Part shown: positions 61,035 to 64,000 of the stretch, one piece after another | How the letters are laid out: every line of letters begins with the position of its first letter | How positions within the stretch are numbered: the first letter of the stretch is position 1 | From: Candidatus Latescibacterota bacterium | Lineage (GTDB): Bacteria; Latescibacterota; CBDEFO01 | Assembly: GCA_965248755.1 (NCBI GenBank) | Contig: OZ252149.1 | Coordinates: 448,001-512,000 of the forward strand | DNA length: 64,000 bases | Direction: 5' to 3' | Notes under the pieces: generated by a model | The model's input: the letters and a program-made list of their open reading frames with translations, nothing else | Databases searched by the model: none | What the model was told of the DNA's origin: nothing | Made by a program: the position numbers and the translations under genes

Positions 61035-61637
61035 AATGTTATTACTTTCACACACATCTCTGGCCCGGCACATCGATACGGGAAATCTTACACATCAATA
61101 AAATATGAAAAAGACAGACTAATGTAAAGGGATTTTTGTCCACACCGAGTCGATCTCTTGGCAAGCCTCCTCATATACATAGCCCCTTGGCTGACATAAG
61201 TTCGATACTGCACTTTATGCCTGTGGGCTATGTTACAGATCCGGATCGTCCGGACTTTTCAAACTAATAGTGAGGTAGAGATAGCATACATAAAACATCT
61301 GTAAAGAACAGACAACGAAAAAATATTTCATATCACAAAAAGGGAAATTGCCATTTACCCGGTTGATCCATTCATCTACGAGGTCCTGCTGTTCTAAATG
61401 CAAGAAATACTCATCTGTAAAATTATCCTTTACATTCGAGGATCTTTTTTGTATCTTGTGTTAGCAATAGATATTTACAAGATCAAGAAATTTAAGAAAT
61501 TAGGTAGGTGATGTCTATGTACTTCTGATGAGAGGCTCCAGAAACTCTCTTTCAAAAGAGAGATTACAAAGGCGTGGTCACAGCAGCAGCTTGCATCTGT
61601 CAGCAGGATGGTTTTCCTGTATAAGGGGGGATAAGCA

Positions 61638-62129
61638 ATGAAAGGAATGAAAACAGCAATAGTTCTTCTAGGTGTTTTGTCCCTGTACGGGTGCGGGGTA
61701 AGTGAAAAAGACGACCTGATTGAGTATATGAATCAGGTGACCAAGTTGGATGAGTACAACGGGGAGCTTCAGCAGTATGCTGAACTCCTTGAGGCTCAGA
61801 AGGATACCATCACCATAGAGAGTTTAGAGCCGATATATAAGCTGTTCAAGGATTACAAGGAGGTTCTCTCTCAGATAACGGTTCCCAAAACTACCAAGAT
61901 CAGGTCAATTCACAACAGTTATGAGAGGTTCCTATCGAACGCCCAAAAGTCCTTTATGCTATCTCCTGAACCGACCGAGAATAACATCTATAAAGCGGGA
62001 ATCGCACTATCGCGAGCCAGAAAGAGCGTAGAAGGCAGGATACATCTTCAGCTTCAAACGCTCTTGGGGGTGCACGGTCTTCAGGATCAGTATCCGCTCA
62101 AATGGCCGTCCGCACAAACAGCGGGATAA
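61638..62129 (+). CDS. Hypothetical lipoprotein
   Basis: Lipobox LYG-C; helical domain. Confidence 0.75.
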   Translation: MKGMKTAIVLLGVLSLYGCGVSEKDDLIEYMNQVTKLDEYNGELQQYAELLEAQKDTITIESLEPIYKLFKDYKEVLSQITVPKTTKIRSIHNSYERFLSNAQKSFMLSPEPTENNIYKAGIALSRARKSVEGRIHLQLQTLLGVHGLQDQYPLKWPSAQTAG

Positions 62130-62178
62130 TTGCCTAGCAAGTTATACCAAAATTGCCAAGTTTTCAGGGGGATCAGCT

Positions 62179-62703
62179 ATGACAGGAAACAAAATCTTGA
62201 CGTTCGGTCTGTTCGTTCTGGCTCTCAATGGAAGCATCATTACAGGCTGTAGCAAGGGTGAGGACATAGACCTTATAGCGTATCTGGAAGAGCTTTCCAG
62301 GATAGAAAAATATCCCAGGCAGTTGGAGGAGTACGATAAGATGTTGAAGGAGACGCCTGACTCTATAGCTACTTTGGAGCCGATGTACAAATTTATTGAC
62401 GAGTACGAAACGGCCGTAAAGAGCATAGTGTCCCCCCAGACCAACAGAGTAAGAGCCATCAACGGCCTATATGAACGGTGCTTTAAAGAGGCTAAAAGAC
62501 AGCTTACAAATGCCACAAAGCCGGATCAATACAGCATTTTAAGGACGGGAGACGCCTTCAGTAAAATAAGGGACGTGGTAGTTGAAAAGGTCCATCCTAA
62601 TATCAGGGGAATGCTGGAGGAGTTTAATCTTCAGGATAAGTATTCTGTGGAGTGGCCCAAGATAGAAAAGGAGGTTATAGCCGACATTCAGGAGGAACTA
62701 TAA
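62179..62703 (+). CDS. Hypothetical lipoprotein, paralogue of 61638-62129
   Basis: Lipobox ITG-C; shared DLIxY, LEPxYK, LQDxY..WP. Confidence 0.75.
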   Translation: MTGNKILTFGLFVLALNGSIITGCSKGEDIDLIAYLEELSRIEKYPRQLEEYDKMLKETPDSIATLEPMYKFIDEYETAVKSIVSPQTNRVRAINGLYERCFKEAKRQLTNATKPDQYSILRTGDAFSKIRDVVVEKVHPNIRGMLEEFNLQDKYSVEWPKIEKEVIADIQEEL

Positions 62704-62963
62704 TGAGAGTGGATGTAAGGCTTTTCTCTTACTTTAGGGACTATCTTCCACAGGGAAGTAATGGGGGAAAAGCAAGGTTAGATCTGCCCGATAACTCAGA
62801 TGTAAGGGGTATCTTCAAAAAACTGAGCTTGCCCGTTCCACTGATAGATAACGATACAAATCTCCCGTTTATCATACTCATAAACGGTCAAAAGTCTTCT
62901 TTGGATCACACGCTCGAAGAGGGGGACGCGGTGAGTTTGTACCCCCCGATAGCAGGGGGCTAG
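62703..62963 (+). CDS. MoaD/ThiS-family sulfur carrier
   Basis: MRVDVRLF...LEEGDAVSLYPPIAGG; TAATG coupling with the upstream gene. Confidence 0.9.
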   Translation: MRVDVRLFSYFRDYLPQGSNGGKARLDLPDNSDVRGIFKKLSLPVPLIDNDTNLPFIILINGQKSSLDHTLEEGDAVSLYPPIAGG

Positions 62964-63180
62964 AAGTGGCTCTTAGCACTAAATTTCCCTCTCTTCTGGT
63001 CTTGGATTTAGGCTGGAGATCAGGAAAGGGCAAGAATCTCTTGCCGCTAGAGTTGTCTTCTAAAAAGGGAGCGGATCAGCTCCTATGAATGGCAACGCGG
63101 GTTGCGTCAGGCGAACCGATGGCTCAGGGACCAACATTAGCTCTTCCCAATTTCCCCACATGCTACAACAGCAGATTCAT

Positions 63181-64000
63181 CTAAACCCGTACAAGTTTCG
63201 CTACTACTTCAATGTGCGGTGTGTGGGGAAACATATCCACAGGCTGAACTATTTCAACTTTATAACCTGAAAAACTGAGTATCCTCAAGTCGGTAGCTAG
63301 GGATTCTGGGTTGCATGAAACACAGACGATCTTGGCGGGAGACAGTCTCGAAAGTTCCCTGCACGCCTTCTTATGCATCCCTTCTCTGGGAGGGTTAACT
63401 ACTGCCACATCGAAGAACTCTCCCGTCTGCAAGAATCGGGGCAGAATCTCCTTAACGTCGCCATATATGAACTCGCAATTAGAGATTTCGTTCAGCGTTG
63501 CATTCTGACTTGCATCCTCAACAGCACTTTCTACAAGTTCCACTCCGACCACACTCTTTGCCTTCCTCGAAAGGAATAGGGAGATAGCCCCAGTCCCGCA
63601 ATAGAGGTCCAATACATCCTCGTCCCCCTTCAAATCGGCGAATTCCAGAACGATATCGTATAACTCTTCAGACTGAAACGAGTTGGTCTGGAAGAAAGAG
63701 TTCGCCGAAATCTGGAACGATAGTCCCCCGATATTTTCAACGATATAACCTCGTCCGTCCAAGATCTCCTCCCTCAATCCCACAGCGATCTGCGACTTCT
63801 CAGGATTGACGTTCCAAAGCAGGCTCTTTACGTCGTGTCGCTTTGTAATGTAACGCGCCCAATCTTCCTTATCCTTGAACTCCTCATCAGACGTTACGAG
63901 ATTTACCATCACCTCGCCTGACCCCTTCCCCTCCCTTATAGTCACAAATCTTAGAAGGCCTTCGTGGCTCTTAAGGTCATATATGGAAAGTTTCTTGCTT
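63181..64000 (-). CDS. rlmD: 23S rRNA (uracil-C5)-methyltransferase RlmD/RlmCD (5' part outside window)
   Basis: SFFQTN, DLYCGTG, NPPREG, VSCNP, DMFPHTPHIE. Confidence 0.88.
   Translation of the reverse strand, partial: SKKLSIYDLKSHEGLLRFVTIREGKGSGEVMVNLVTSDEEFKDKEDWARYITKRHDVKSLLWNVNPEKSQIAVGLREEILDGRGYIVENIGGLSFQISANSFFQTNSFQSEELYDIVLEFADLKGDEDVLDLYCGTGAISLFLSRKAKSVVGVELVESAVEDASQNATLNEISNCEFIYGDVKEILPRFLQTGEFFDVAVVNPPREGMHKKACRELSRLSPAKIVCVSCNPESLATDLRILSFSGYKVEIVQPVDMFPHTPHIEVVAKLVRV

Noticed and set aside
61523..61562. Hammerhead ribozyme suggested by CTGATGAG...GAAAC
   Set aside because: Stem II does not close correctly before GAAA and no convincing stem I or cleavage triplet was found; it folds as two simple hairpins.

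Overview
Bacterial chromosomal window, probably from an uncultured Gram-negative lineage. FCB-group affinity is an inference from an FlgD/T9SS-like C-terminal domain and several outer-membrane barrels. In order it holds: (1) a CoxD/CoxE + FAD/2Fe-2S/Mo-subunit + XdhC molybdo-flavoenzyme operon whose cofactor-binding motifs are unusually altered; (2) a small cassette-like island with an attC-like site and a hicB/truncated-hicA pair; (3) an M28 peptidase and a DUF62 SAM hydrolase; (4) a hotspot of four related IS3-family elements (two full, one internally deleted, one decayed) that broke an XRE regulator and a surface-glycan locus; (5) EAL-HDOD, cadC-cadA, a DUF4212/solute symporter pair and pfkB-hxlA-hxlB; (6) a galT-GH57-GH57-CNNM-CNNM run; (7) a three-gene cluster of diheme cytochrome, heme lipoprotein and heme-motif beta-barrel; (8) MEMO/AMMECR1, a FadL-like protein, oxidoreductases, tRNA-Leu(CAA), nfeD-floA, IS1380, a frameshifted DNA methyltransferase, twin lipoproteins with MoaD, and a partial rlmD. 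Two dispersed palindromic repeat families occur, and one appears to sit in-frame inside protein-coding genes. The best novelty candidates are the minimal porin-cytochrome-like cluster, the motif-altered Mo-enzyme, the in-frame palindromic insertions and the IS3 with a non-canonical CA left end. All calls come from motif reading only; no database searches were run.
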